A stretch of 64,000 nt of DNA from Eubacteriales bacterium (GCA_045542035.1 JAZQKG010000037.1:66-64065); one strand, 5' to 3'. Counted from the stretch's first letter, positions 1 to 9,729 are shown. A program made the numbers and translations. Notes: generated by a model from the sequence alone, not told the origin.

Positions 1-138
1 TTGCCTATTCAAGTCGGATCGTAGCCATGTCGTTCTGTGAGCCAAGGAGTTGATTTATGACATTGTCTTCCTAAGACCGCTTGGCCTCCGACTTCCCCAA
101 GATTTGAGGTGCGGAGTGATCGGCAAATTGGAATTTGA

Positions 139-768
139 CTATTTCTTTCTTTTCACAAGTTGCCTATTCATATATTTTGGATTGATCACGAAGATATAAA
201 TAAGAGCCACGCTTATGAGTGCTACTGCTGCAATGAAATACCATTTTGTGTAATAGCCGACAAGGGCAACAATTGCCATAATAACGCAATATGCTAACTC
301 GATTAGTGTGTTCTTTTTGCGTTGCTTTTCGTCCTTTTCATAGTGCAAATTAAACGCCATCCAAACCGAAGCTGCAAGCAACGGCAGATACTTGAAAAGA
401 AGGAAGATGATGTGGTACGGAGTTCCTTCGGTATATAATGGCTGAATTGCAACATTCAAAGATGCCGCCTGTGCGATTATTGCTATTATGATAAAATTGT
501 TGCGTAAGATCGGATTATGCTTTGGACTAAAACGCTTTTCTTTTTCTCCCTCTGTGGATACTATTTCATTTTCACTTTTGCATATTAGTTCATCAAGCGA
601 AACATCATACAGATTAGCAAGCGCGATTAAATTGTCAGAGCTTGGCGTTGTTTGTCCGGCTTCCCACTTTGTAACAGCTTGTCTTGAAACATCAAGCATC
701 TCTGCAATCTTTTCTTGAGACAAACCTTTTTGTGTGCGGTACATTTTTAGTCTTTCACCAAGTGTCAT
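139..768 (-). CDS. XRE-family HTH regulator fused to a C-terminal multi-pass membrane domain
   Basis: N-terminus LGERLKMYRTQKGLSQEKIAEMLDVSRQAVTKWEAGQTTPS is a classic HTH_3 motif. The C-terminal half is hydrophobic (about 4 TM segments). The start is moved to the internal ATG at 768 because AGGAGGTG lies 6 nt upstream. Confidence 0.75.
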   Translation of the reverse strand: MTLGERLKMYRTQKGLSQEKIAEMLDVSRQAVTKWEAGQTTPSSDNLIALANLYDVSLDELICKSENEIVSTEGEKEKRFSPKHNPILRNNFIIIAIIAQAASLNVAIQPLYTEGTPYHIIFLLFKYLPLLAASVWMAFNLHYEKDEKQRKKNTLIELAYCVIMAIVALVGYYTKWYFIAAVALISVALIYIFVINPKYMNRQLVKRKK

Positions 769-886
769 ATTATCACCTCCTGCCATTATTGTAGCAAATC
801 TTTCCGCTGCTTTCTACCAACTATACGGCAACTATCGGTTGCATCGTCAAATTCTTATTTATTGATGAGTTCATTATACCATACTT

Positions 887-1618
887 TTATGAATTTTTCA
901 TTTGTCTTAAAAATAAAAGCACAGCCGCAACGAGTGCAATAGAAGCATATCCAAGTACCCACCAAAGATGAGGAAATATATCAGAGAAATTACCTGCAAC
1001 AACAGCTCGTTCCATCTCTACAGCGTGAACGAACGGAAGCGCATAGGCAATTTTCTTAAATGCGCCGCCCACAAGCTCGAGGTCAAACCATATACCCGAA
1101 AGCCATGCGGAAAGGTTGGTCAGAAGCGCTCCGCAGATACCGCCCGCCTGCTTATCGGTGAGTACGCTTCCGCACAGAAGTCCGATACCTATATATAAAA
1201 GTGCGACGGGAATTATAAAAACGACAGACAGCAAAACGTTCACACCGATTTCAAGCCCCAATATCAAAGCGAATATATAACAAACGACACCCTCTGCCAT
1301 AGCTATCGGTATCATAGGCAACGTATACCCGAGGATAAAATCCGCGGGAGTCATAGGAGTCGTGTATAAGCGATGCATAAAGCTGCTCTGCCTGTCTTTA
1401 GCTATAAGCGTTGCCGAAAATAGCGTCATAAAAGCAAGTCCGAATACAACTATGCCGGGTGAGAGGCGCTTAATTTCAAACATACTCACGGGAATATTCG
1501 CCTGAATCGCGCTAAGCAAAAGCAAAAGCGCGACGGGAAATCCAAAAAGAAAAGAAAGATTTAACGGGTCGCGGATAATTTCCTTGAGATTCCTTTTCGC
1601 AAAGGTTAACATTCTCAT
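887..1618 (-). CDS. ABC-2 type transporter permease
   Basis: 243 aa with six hydrophobic segments. Its start overlaps the stop of the upstream ATPase gene by 4 nt (1615-1618). Confidence 0.8.
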   Translation of the reverse strand: MRMLTFAKRNLKEIIRDPLNLSFLFGFPVALLLLLSAIQANIPVSMFEIKRLSPGIVVFGLAFMTLFSATLIAKDRQSSFMHRLYTTPMTPADFILGYTLPMIPIAMAEGVVCYIFALILGLEIGVNVLLSVVFIIPVALLYIGIGLLCGSVLTDKQAGGICGALLTNLSAWLSGIWFDLELVGGAFKKIAYALPFVHAVEMERAVVAGNFSDIFPHLWWVLGYASIALVAAVLLFLRQMKNS

Positions 1619-2343
1619 CGCAACTCCCCCTTTACTATCTTGACAAACGCCCTTTCAATGCTCGTTTCACCTGTTTTCGACATAATGCCCGGGGGCGTGT
1701 CACAAATAAGCAGTTTACCGTCCTTCATTATAGCTATACGGTCGGAAAGAGCCTCGGCCTCTTCCATATAATGCGTGGTTAAAACAATCGTTACCTTTCC
1801 CTTTAGTGAACTGATAATATCCCAAAGGGCGCTTCTCGCGATAACATCAAGTCCAAGCGTCGGCTCATCAAGGAAAAGAATTCTCGGCTCACTGATAAGA
1901 GCCATAGCAATGCTGAGCCTTCTCTGCCAACCTCCCGACAGCTTTCCGGCTTTTCTGTTTATAACCTCCTCAAGTCCAAGAAGGTCTGTGAGCTCCTTAA
2001 TCTTAATTCTGCTCTTATCCCTTGAAAATCCGTGAACACCGCTCATTAATTCGAGATTTTCCCGAACGGAAAGTCCTGGTGCAACAGCAGTTTCCTGTGG
2101 AGATACCGCTATAAGTGATTTGACCTCAGCGCTATTCTTAACGATGCTTTTTCCAAGCAAATACGCGTCACCGCTTGTTGGTGCTGTAAGACACGAAAGC
2201 ATTTTTATTGCCGTGGTTTTCCCTGCACCGTTTACACCAAGCAAAGAGAAAAGCTCACCCTCTTTAATACAAAGTGACAGTCCATCTACGGCAATAACGT
2301 CTTTATAACGTTTTGTGAGACCTTCAATTTTAATTGCGTTCAT
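1615..2343 (-). CDS. ABC transporter ATP-binding protein
   Basis: Walker A GVNGAGKTT, ABC signature LSGGWQRRL and Walker B ILFLDEPTLGLD. Confidence 0.92.
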   Translation of the reverse strand: MNAIKIEGLTKRYKDVIAVDGLSLCIKEGELFSLLGVNGAGKTTAIKMLSCLTAPTSGDAYLLGKSIVKNSAEVKSLIAVSPQETAVAPGLSVRENLELMSGVHGFSRDKSRIKIKELTDLLGLEEVINRKAGKLSGGWQRRLSIAMALISEPRILFLDEPTLGLDVIARSALWDIISSLKGKVTIVLTTHYMEEAEALSDRIAIMKDGKLLICDTPPGIMSKTGETSIERAFVKIVKGELR

Positions 2344-2908
2344 TATAATTTCCCTCCGATAAGTGCCTCGCCCGTATTCCTTGATATACGTCTGTCAGCA
2401 TATCGCTGACAAGCTCCCATTCAAGCGGCAAAAACGAAGTGGCAAGCATCGTTCCTATGCCGTGAACCAAGGTCCACATCTCAAGATGCATAAGCTCAGC
2501 TTTTTCTCTTGTGACGCCGTTCGCATTCATAATCATTTGCACAGACTTCTCAAAATCCGGAGACGATGACATTTCCTCTCCCGTTCTGTCGCGCATAAAC
2601 AAGAGCTTAAACAGCTCCTTTTCATCCTTAGCAAAGCGAATATAAGCCATACCGAAAGACTTATACTCCGGGTATTTTCGGCTTTCAACCTCGCTTTTTA
2701 TATAATCAAGATAAATTTCATATGCAGCGCATAAAGCAGCTCCCTGCAATTCTTCCATCGTGGCGAAATTTGAAAAAACAGGCTGAGTCGAGCAACCGAG
2801 CGCTGAGGCAATGCTTCTTGCGTTAATTGCAGACGCGCCGCTCCTTCTGATTAGCGTAAGCGCGGTTTCTACTATGTCTTTTTTTGTGACTTTTATTTTC
2901 GGTGCCAT
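2330..2908 (-). CDS. TetR/AcrR family transcriptional regulator
   Basis: N-terminal TetR-type HTH (KKDIVETALTLIRRSGASAINARSIASALGCSTQPVFSNF). GGAGG lies 5 nt upstream of the ATG at 2908. The gene overlaps the ABC ATPase gene, giving a regulator-exporter operon. Confidence 0.85.
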   Translation of the reverse strand: MAPKIKVTKKDIVETALTLIRRSGASAINARSIASALGCSTQPVFSNFATMEELQGAALCAAYEIYLDYIKSEVESRKYPEYKSFGMAYIRFAKDEKELFKLLFMRDRTGEEMSSSPDFEKSVQMIMNANGVTREKAELMHLEMWTLVHGIGTMLATSFLPLEWELVSDMLTDVYQGIRARHLSEGNYNERN

Positions 2909-3001
2909 ACGAACCTCCAAATATATCAATCGTTATATATCAAGTGTTATTTTATCACAGTTCTATTTAAATGTCAAGAGGAAAAATTTATTTTACAAAA
3001 G

Positions 3002-3034
3002 AAAAAACCGACACAGTTTTTTACTGTCTCGGTT
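3002..3034 (-). terminator. Rho-independent terminator of the OFOR operon
   Basis: Hairpin arms aaccgacacag / ctgtctcggtt (one mismatch), followed on the minus strand by a T-run (plus-strand A-run at about 3002-3007). Confidence 0.6.
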
Positions 3035-3057
3035 TCTCTGCTATATTCGTATCAAAA

Positions 3058-3597
3058 TTACTTATTATAATTCTTTCCCAAGTTAAGAGCCTTCATATTA
3101 AGCTCCTTGAGCGCTGCCTTCTTAGGAGGCACGAGCTTCTCGACAACCTCTTCGGTTCCGTCAAAGGAAAGCTCGGGATGATTCTCCAAAAGGTGACCGA
3201 CTATTATCATATTGGCGAGAGTTCCGATTCCCTCGTCCTTTGCCATCTGTGTTGCGGGAATATAGAACACCTCAACGTCATCTCGTTCAACCTTAACGTC
3301 TATAAGAGATGAATCAATATAAATCTGTCCTCCCTTAGCAACCGTGTCAACGTATTTCTGCAATGAGGGAGCGTTCATAGCGATAAGAACGTCAGGCGTT
3401 GTGATTATCGGTGAGCCTACGGGCGTGTCGGAAAGTATAACGTTACAGTTGGCTGTTCCGCCGCGCATCTCGGGACCGTATGAGGGAAGCCAGGACACCT
3501 GAATATCATCAAGAAGTCCTTTATATGCGAGAAATTTTCCGGAGAACAGAATACCCTGTCCGCCAAAGCCTGCGATAAGGATTTGAGTAGTTTTCAT
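3058..3597 (-). CDS. 2-oxoacid:ferredoxin oxidoreductase, gamma subunit
   Basis: 179 aa. IAGFGGQGILFSGKFLA is the typical POR/KOR gamma N-terminus. ATGA overlap with the beta subunit gene. Confidence 0.85.
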   Translation of the reverse strand: MKTTQILIAGFGGQGILFSGKFLAYKGLLDDIQVSWLPSYGPEMRGGTANCNVILSDTPVGSPIITTPDVLIAMNAPSLQKYVDTVAKGGQIYIDSSLIDVKVERDDVEVFYIPATQMAKDEGIGTLANMIIVGHLLENHPELSFDGTEEVVEKLVPPKKAALKELNMKALNLGKNYNK

Positions 3598-4352
3598 TAT
3601 TTATTCTCCTCCCCTGCGCTTCTGTCTTTATAAACTCCTATCGGATAGTAAGGAAGCATATCGCTGTCTATCCATTCGAGAGCCTGTTCGGGCGTCATTC
3701 CCCAGTTAGTAGGACATGCGGAAACGACCTCTACGAGAGAAAATCCCTTTCCCGCTATCTGATTTTCAAAAGCCTTTTTAATCGCCTTCTTGGCGTTCTT
3801 AACGTTTTTAACGTTATTTACTGCTACACGGGCTATATATTCGGGGCCTTCAAGCGTTGCGAGCATTTCGCTGACACGAATCGGCCAGCCGCAGTGATTA
3901 ACGTCACGGCCGTAGGGGGACGTCTGCGTTACCTGTCCGGGAAGGCTGGTGGGAGCCATCTGTCCACCGGTCATTCCGTAAATTGCGTTGTTTACAAAAA
4001 TAACTGTGATGTTCTCATTTCTTGCAGCAGAATGAACGGTTTCAGCCATACCGATAGACGCCAGATCTCCGTCACCCTGATATGTAAACACAATGTTTTC
4101 TGGGCGGCAGCGCTTGATACCCGTAGCAACCGCGGGAGCTCTTCCGTGAGGAGCTTCTATCATATCGCAAGCAAAATAATCGTATGCCATAACCGCGCAG
4201 CCAACGGGAGCTACGCCTATAGCCTTTCCTTCTATTCCGAGCTCATCCATAACCTCAGCTACCAAACGGTGAATAATGCCGTGGGGACAGCCGGGGCAAT
4301 AGTGGAAGGGAGCGTCTGTTAAAGATTTCGGTTTTTCAAATACTATTGCCAT
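3597..4352 (-). CDS. 2-oxoacid:ferredoxin oxidoreductase, beta (TPP-binding) subunit
   Basis: CPGCPHG cluster-binding motif and GDGD...NN TPP-binding region ([11 protein letters not shown] ... [13 protein letters not shown]). Confidence 0.9.
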   Translation of the reverse strand: MAIVFEKPKSLTDAPFHYCPGCPHGIIHRLVAEVMDELGIEGKAIGVAPVGCAVMAYDYFACDMIEAPHGRAPAVATGIKRCRPENIVFTYQGDGDLASIGMAETVHSAARNENITVIFVNNAIYGMTGGQMAPTSLPGQVTQTSPYGRDVNHCGWPIRVSEMLATLEGPEYIARVAVNNVKNVKNAKKAIKKAFENQIAGKGFSLVEVVSACPTNWGMTPEQALEWIDSDMLPYYPIGVYKDRSAGEENK

Positions 4353-4355
4353 AAA

Positions 4356-5417
4356 TCAATCCTCTCCTTTCTGCGCTTTACGGATCGATTCAAGCACCTC
4401 GTCGGGACTTGGAATCATACCGCCTGTGCGGTTGCAAAGCGAAACGGGCTTCGAGCAGTCTGTAGCGAGCTTTATATCCTCAATCATCTGACCCATATTA
4501 AGCTCTACCGAGATAAATGACTTAACACGGTCCTTGACCTTCTCGAAAGGAGCTTTCGGGAAAGGCCAAAGAGTAATAGGACGGATAAGGCCAACCTTAA
4601 TGCCTTCGCTTCTTGCCGCGGCAACAGCGTTTTTAGCTACTCGCGAAGCTATACCAAAGGCAACGACACAGTACTCCGCGTCTTCCATTAGATACTCTTC
4701 CCAAAGGGGCTCGTTCTCTTCTACAAGCTTATATTTCTCATAACGCTCAAAGTTTTTCTTTTCAAGCTCGTCGGGCTTAAGATAAAGGGAGTTAACTATA
4801 TTGTGAGGACGCTTGCACTCTGTTCCCGTAAGCGCCCAAGGCTTTTCGTAGGTCTTAAGCTCGCTTTCCTCAAAGGTGATGGGCTCCATCATCTGTCCGA
4901 TTGTTCCGTCGGCAAGAATCATTGACGTCATGCGATACTTATCCGCAAGGTCAAAGCCCTTTATAGTCAAGCTTGCCATCTCCTGAACCGAAGCCGGAGC
5001 CAATACTATCATTCTGTAATCGCCGTGACCTCCGCCCTTCGTAGCCTGGAAATAATCCGACTGAGAAGGCTGTATGCCGCCAAGACCGGGACCGCCGCGC
5101 TGAACGTTTACAACAAGTGCGGGAACGTCCGAGCCCGCTATGTAGCTGAGTCCTTCTGTTTTAAGCGAGATTCCGGGGCTTGACGACGACGTCATAACAC
5201 GCATACCTGCGGCAGATGCGCCGTAAACCATGTTTATTGATGCAATTTCACTTTCTGCCTGGAGGAACACGCCTCCTATTTTGGGCATTTTCTTTGCCAT
5301 ATAAGCGGCAATCTCCGTTTGGGGTGTAATAGGATAACCGAAATAGTGACGGCAACCCGCGCGAATAGCAGCTTCGGCAATAGCCTCGTTGCCTTTCATT
5401 AAAATTCTTTCTGCCAT
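4356..5417 (-). CDS. 2-oxoacid:ferredoxin oxidoreductase, alpha subunit
   Basis: 353 aa with N-terminus MKGNEAIAEAAIRAGCRHYFGYPITPQTEI, typical of KorA/VorA-type alpha subunits. Confidence 0.9.
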   Translation of the reverse strand: MAERILMKGNEAIAEAAIRAGCRHYFGYPITPQTEIAAYMAKKMPKIGGVFLQAESEIASINMVYGASAAGMRVMTSSSSPGISLKTEGLSYIAGSDVPALVVNVQRGGPGLGGIQPSQSDYFQATKGGGHGDYRMIVLAPASVQEMASLTIKGFDLADKYRMTSMILADGTIGQMMEPITFEESELKTYEKPWALTGTECKRPHNIVNSLYLKPDELEKKNFERYEKYKLVEENEPLWEEYLMEDAEYCVVAFGIASRVAKNAVAAARSEGIKVGLIRPITLWPFPKAPFEKVKDRVKSFISVELNMGQMIEDIKLATDCSKPVSLCNRTGGMIPSPDEVLESIRKAQKGED

Positions 5418-5427
5418 AATAGTCTCC

Positions 5428-5634
5428 TTATTTCTCTACTGTGATTATACAATCGGGGCACATAGTAGCGCAAAAAGCGCAAGCGATACATTTTTCGGGC
5501 TCCTTCATAAACGCGGGAGAATAGCCCTTTTTGTTAAGCTTATCATCCGCAATTGCGAGGCATCCTTTGGGGCATGCTGTAACGCACAGTCCGCAGCCCT
5601 TACACAAATCCGTGTTAAAAGTTACTTTTTTCAT
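5428..5634 (-). CDS. 4Fe-4S dicluster ferredoxin (OFOR delta subunit)
   Basis: 68 aa with two CxxCxxCxxxCP motifs (CKGCGLCVTACP and CIACAFCATMCP). Confidence 0.85.
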   Translation of the reverse strand: MKKVTFNTDLCKGCGLCVTACPKGCLAIADDKLNKKGYSPAFMKEPEKCIACAFCATMCPDCIITVEK

Positions 5635-5688
5635 ATATTCCTCCTTGTTCTGAGGCCTGCTGAACTTCGGCCGTAAGCTTTTAGCTTA

Positions 5689-6354
5689 TCAGTCGGGCAG
5701 GTCGAAATATTTTTTCTGTAGTTTAAGAGGCATAATCGGAATATCCGATATCTGCCGTGCTACCGACTCCACCGCGGTATGCATCCACAAAGGAAGATTT
5801 GTAACGCGACAAAGTTCCTTTGTAAGCTCTAAAGAATCGATAAAATTTTGCCTTATCGTTTGCGCGCCAAGGTTCGAGTTATTAACAATGCAGTTAAACC
5901 TGATGCCTGCGGCAATCTCAATCTCCCTCATAATTTCCACCGCGTCCGCGACGGTTGAGGTAAGAGGTCGGAAGAAATTAACAACGAACGCCATGCGGTA
6001 ATTGTTTTCTTCTTTTATTGCTCCCGAAAATCTTCCGAGAGCGTAAGCGCCTCTGTCATCTCCGCCGATATCCATAACACCGTAGATTGATTTATCCTGA
6101 ACCAATCTGTAGCTCTCCGCAGGCAGAGCCGGGAGGTCAACGTTGCTGTTAGCGTACTGAGGCGATATAAGATGGATACCGTGCGCTAAAAGCTCCTCTT
6201 CGCTGTCCTTCGTTCTGAAATAGGGATTGACGATATCGAGGTCGGCAATGCAAACCTTTTTTCCTTCTTTTGCGAGACGCAAGGCGTAATTTACGGCTAT
6301 ATTCGTCTTTCCGCTTCCGTAATGCCCCGCAAAAATTGTTAAACGCTTATCCAT
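5689..6354 (-). CDS. P-loop NTPase of the MinD/ParA (SIMIBI)-like class, function unknown
   Basis: GHYGSGKTN Walker A near the N-terminus, followed by CIADLDIVNPYF. The gene sits between the acyl-CoA synthetase fusion and the OFOR genes on the same strand. Confidence 0.6.
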   Translation of the reverse strand: MDKRLTIFAGHYGSGKTNIAVNYALRLAKEGKKVCIADLDIVNPYFRTKDSEEELLAHGIHLISPQYANSNVDLPALPAESYRLVQDKSIYGVMDIGGDDRGAYALGRFSGAIKEENNYRMAFVVNFFRPLTSTVADAVEIMREIEIAAGIRFNCIVNNSNLGAQTIRQNFIDSLELTKELCRVTNLPLWMHTAVESVARQISDIPIMPLKLQKKYFDLPD

Positions 6355-6374
6355 AAACCTTATTCTCTTGCTTC

Positions 6375-8654
6375 TTACAGTAATTTTCTTATAATCTTAC
6401 CGCTCGTCGTCTTAGGCAGACTTTCGCGGAACTCAACGATTCTCGGATATTTGTAAGGAGCGGTACGGGATTTGACGTAATTCTGAATCTCTTTTTTAAG
6501 CTCGTCCGTCGGCTTTGTGCCGTTAACAAGCACAATGCTTGCCTTAACCACCTGACCTCTTATTTCATCGGGGGCTGCAGAAACTCCGCATTCCAGAACA
6601 TACGGAAGCTCCATAATTACGTTCTCAATCTCAAAGGGTCCTATGCGGTATCCCGAAGATTTGATAACGTCATCAGCGCGTCCGACGTACCAGAGGAATC
6701 CGTCCTCGTCACGCCAGGCAAGGTCACCCGTGTGATAAAATCCGTCGCGCCAGGTTTCCTTGGTTATCTCATCGTTTCCGTCATATGCGTAAGCAAGACC
6801 GCAAGGAAGTCCGTTCGATATATTTATACAAATTTCGCCGTTTTCGCCAAGCTCGACCTCTTCTCCCTCGGGATTAAGCAGGTGAATGTCGTAAAGAGGC
6901 ACCGGCTTACCCATTGAGCCTATCTTATGGCTGCCGCCCGCAAGGTTGCCGACGATGAGAGTGCTTTCAGACTGACCGAATCCCTCCATAATCTTGAGCC
7001 CCGTATGCTTTTCGAACTGACGGAACACCTCGGGGTTAAGAGCTTCTCCCGCAGTCGACGCATGCTCTATGCTGGAAAGGTCAAATCTGCCAAGGTCCTG
7101 CTTAATAAGCATTCTGTACATAGTGGGTGGAGCGCAAAACGTCGTTATTTTGTGCTTTGCGAAAAGAGGCAAAATCTTTTCGGGGTCAAATCTGTCAAAG
7201 TCGTATACGAAAACTGCCGCCTCGCAAAGCCACTGACCGTAAAGCTTACCCCACATCGCCTTGGCCCATCCCGTATCCGAAATGGTAAGGTGAAGTCCTT
7301 CGGGATCGACCTGATGCCAATATTTTGCGGTAATAAAATGACCTAAGGGATATTTATAGTTATGAGCCGCAATCTTGGGATAACCCGAAGTTCCCGACGT
7401 GAAGAACATCAGCATCGGGTCGCTGCCGCAAGGCGCATCCTCCGAGCGCGCGTAATGACTGCTGTAAATACTGTATTCCTCATCAAAATTGCGCCATCCG
7501 TCCCTGCTTCCGCCTACGAGAATCTTGTGCTCAAGGCAGGGGCATTTTTCCGCAGCCTTCTCCACCGCGTTTGCAACCTCTCCGTCCGCGGTGCAAAGAA
7601 TAGCCTTAACGTTACCCGCGGTAAAGCGATAGGAAAAATCCTTTTCAAGAAGCTGATTAGGCGCGGGAATCGCAATAGCTCCGAGTTTATGTAATCCGAG
7701 AACAGCGAACCAGAACTGATAATGGCGCTTAAGCACCAGCATCACGCGCTCGCCTCTCTTAATTCCGATAGATTTAAAGTAGTTTGCCGCCCTCGCGGAC
7801 TCCTTTTTCATATCCTCAAACGTAAAGCGTCTTTCTGTGCCGTCCTCGCTGATATAGAGCATCGCAAGCTTGTTCGGCTTGCGTCTGCCAAGCGAGTCGA
7901 CAACGTCAAAGGCAAAGTTAAACGATTCCTCGTTTTTGAAATCGATTTTGGTGAGCGTGCCGTTTTCTTCGGTTGGGATTATAAAGTCGTGATAAATACG
8001 GCGCTGATTGTCTTCCTCGCGGCGCTTGGTAGCGACCGAGACCTCAGCCTCCTGCTCTCCCTCTCTTGCCGCCTGATTGCGAAGCACGATAGCGTAAAAC
8101 GCGCAATCCTCGCCGTTTGCCGCAATCATACCGTGAGGCGTGCCGGAGTCATAATAAATACAGTCGCCCGGGTTAAGAATCTCGGTGTGGTCGCCAATCT
8201 TTATCTTCATCTGACCGCGGATAACGATATCGCACTCCTGTCCCTCGTGCGTTACAAGCTCTATCTCCTCTTTTCCGCTCTTATAATTAAGCTCCATATA
8301 AAGCGGAAGCGCAATACGGTTGCGGAATCCGGAGGCAAGGTTAAAGCCGACCATATTGTGAGCCTCTTCTATTCTCTGCCCCTCTCCTCTTCGCGTAAGA
8401 GCGTATGAGCGAAGCTTCGGGCTTTTACCCTCGAGAATATCGCCCATATCAACGCCGAAGCTCAGAGTACAGTGATAGAGAAAAGCAATGCTCAAATTGC
8501 GGTTACCCGCCTCGCATTCCAGGTATTCCTCAACCGACAGTCCCGTTCGGGCAGCCATATCCTCAACCGACAGTCCCGTTATAATTCGAAGCTCTTTTAT
8601 ACGGTTCGCTATCTGTTTTATTTTATGTTCCATATCATTCAAATTTTGTTCCAC
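6375..8654 (-). CDS. HTH(XRE)-cupin-AMP-forming acyl-CoA synthetase fusion protein
   Basis: Residues about 10-75 are HTH_3. Residues about 95-195 are a cupin (GQECDIVIRGQMKIKIGD...GDCIYYDSGTPHGM). Residues about 230-759 are an adenylate-forming enzyme (FFTSGTSGYPK, YHTGDLAWRDEDGFLWYVGRADDVIKSSGYRIGPFEIE, C-terminal SGKIIRK). Confidence 0.85.
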   Translation of the reverse strand: MEQNLNDMEHKIKQIANRIKELRIITGLSVEDMAARTGLSVEEYLECEAGNRNLSIAFLYHCTLSFGVDMGDILEGKSPKLRSYALTRRGEGQRIEEAHNMVGFNLASGFRNRIALPLYMELNYKSGKEEIELVTHEGQECDIVIRGQMKIKIGDHTEILNPGDCIYYDSGTPHGMIAANGEDCAFYAIVLRNQAAREGEQEAEVSVATKRREEDNQRRIYHDFIIPTEENGTLTKIDFKNEESFNFAFDVVDSLGRRKPNKLAMLYISEDGTERRFTFEDMKKESARAANYFKSIGIKRGERVMLVLKRHYQFWFAVLGLHKLGAIAIPAPNQLLEKDFSYRFTAGNVKAILCTADGEVANAVEKAAEKCPCLEHKILVGGSRDGWRNFDEEYSIYSSHYARSEDAPCGSDPMLMFFTSGTSGYPKIAAHNYKYPLGHFITAKYWHQVDPEGLHLTISDTGWAKAMWGKLYGQWLCEAAVFVYDFDRFDPEKILPLFAKHKITTFCAPPTMYRMLIKQDLGRFDLSSIEHASTAGEALNPEVFRQFEKHTGLKIMEGFGQSESTLIVGNLAGGSHKIGSMGKPVPLYDIHLLNPEGEEVELGENGEICINISNGLPCGLAYAYDGNDEITKETWRDGFYHTGDLAWRDEDGFLWYVGRADDVIKSSGYRIGPFEIENVIMELPYVLECGVSAAPDEIRGQVVKASIVLVNGTKPTDELKKEIQNYVKSRTAPYKYPRIVEFRESLPKTTSGKIIRKLL

Positions 8655-8898
8655 ATTGCACCTCGTTCTGATAAAAACGCATTTTATAAAATATATTATA
8701 CTAAATTTTATATATATTTGTCAATATTATTTGAGTCAAATTTTAGTTTTTTTTGCTCTTTCTTTTGTGCAATATGATAAAGAGCCGAATAAACGTCGAT
8801 ACGTATTCCTGAAATAACAAAAGCAGCTTTTCTCTCATATGAGTCCGAAAAACTGCTTTGGGTTTTATTAAGTTTAAACGGATGAAGCCGTCGGAAAA

Positions 8899-9693
8899 TT
8901 ACTCTATTTTTAAAAATCTTTTTATATTTCCCGAAAGAATCATTTCCCTCTCTTTTTCACTCAGAGGTATTTTATTGAACCGCTCAAGCTCCCCGACCGA
9001 ATCCCACATAGGAAAGTCTGTTGCGAAAAAGAACCTGTCAGCCCCGAGCATATCTATTATTTCCTTAGCTCTTTCCGCGCTTATGAACGGCAATGACGAG
9101 CAGGTGTCAAAATATACGTTCGTAAGTCCCTTGAAAAGCTCGGCGGAGTCCCAGCAGCGATATCCGCCGAAATGCGCGGCAATAAATTCGTTTTTCGGAT
9201 ATTTTTTCGCGATATTTATAAGTCTTTTCGGATTTGAAAAATCGTATCTGTTATCACCGATATGAAAGAGTATCGGCAATTTTTCTGCCGCCGCCCTGTA
9301 AAACTTCTCAGCGCACCCGTCGTCTATATTGAATTTCTGGAAGTCGGGATGAAGCTTAATTCCTTTGAGACCGTTTTGAAGCGCCCACTCGACCTCAGCG
9401 CAAACCTCCTCCTCTGTCAAATCCTGATGCAGAGTAATAAATCCTATGAACTCGGAATGAGCCTCCACCTCGCGCTTGATAAATTCGTTTATGGAGCGCA
9501 CCTGATGCGCCGTTGTGGCAACCGAGTGAACCACGTATCTTCCGATGCCCGCTCTTCTGCCGTCCTCAATCAGACGCTCCGACGTTCCCGCGGGCATCTC
9601 CATTTTTATATCGTAAAACACGCCTATGGTATCCGTCGCCTTTTGCGCTATCTTTTCCGGATATATATGAGCGTGCGAGTTGATTATTTCCAT
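8899..9693 (-). CDS. Amidohydrolase-family (TIM-barrel metal-dependent) hydrolase
   Basis: N-terminal INSHAHIY metal-binding HxH motif, later a conserved His (IKLHPDF) and a C-terminal FATDFP Asp. 264 aa. Confidence 0.7.
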   Translation of the reverse strand: MEIINSHAHIYPEKIAQKATDTIGVFYDIKMEMPAGTSERLIEDGRRAGIGRYVVHSVATTAHQVRSINEFIKREVEAHSEFIGFITLHQDLTEEEVCAEVEWALQNGLKGIKLHPDFQKFNIDDGCAEKFYRAAAEKLPILFHIGDNRYDFSNPKRLINIAKKYPKNEFIAAHFGGYRCWDSAELFKGLTNVYFDTCSSLPFISAERAKEIIDMLGADRFFFATDFPMWDSVGELERFNKIPLSEKEREMILSGNIKRFLKIE

Positions 9694-9729
9694 TGTACTT
9701 CTCCTTTGTAACTACCGACCGACAGAGTA

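Noticed and set aside
124-136. A 13-nt word, AAATTCCAATTTG, shared in inverted orientation between 124-136 and 56593-56605, considered as possible element ends or att repeats.
   Set aside because: In 64 kb, counting both strands, dozens of 13-mer coincidences are expected by chance. No extended similarity flanks either copy.
7722-8408. A 228-aa plus-strand ORF. Similar long antisense ORFs occur at 32319-32870, 33448-33981, 6927-7346, 15724-16164, 17961-18377 and 3894-4322.
   Set aside because: All lie antisense inside genes with clear family motifs and are rich in Arg, Ser and Leu, as is typical of antisense frames. None has a start context.
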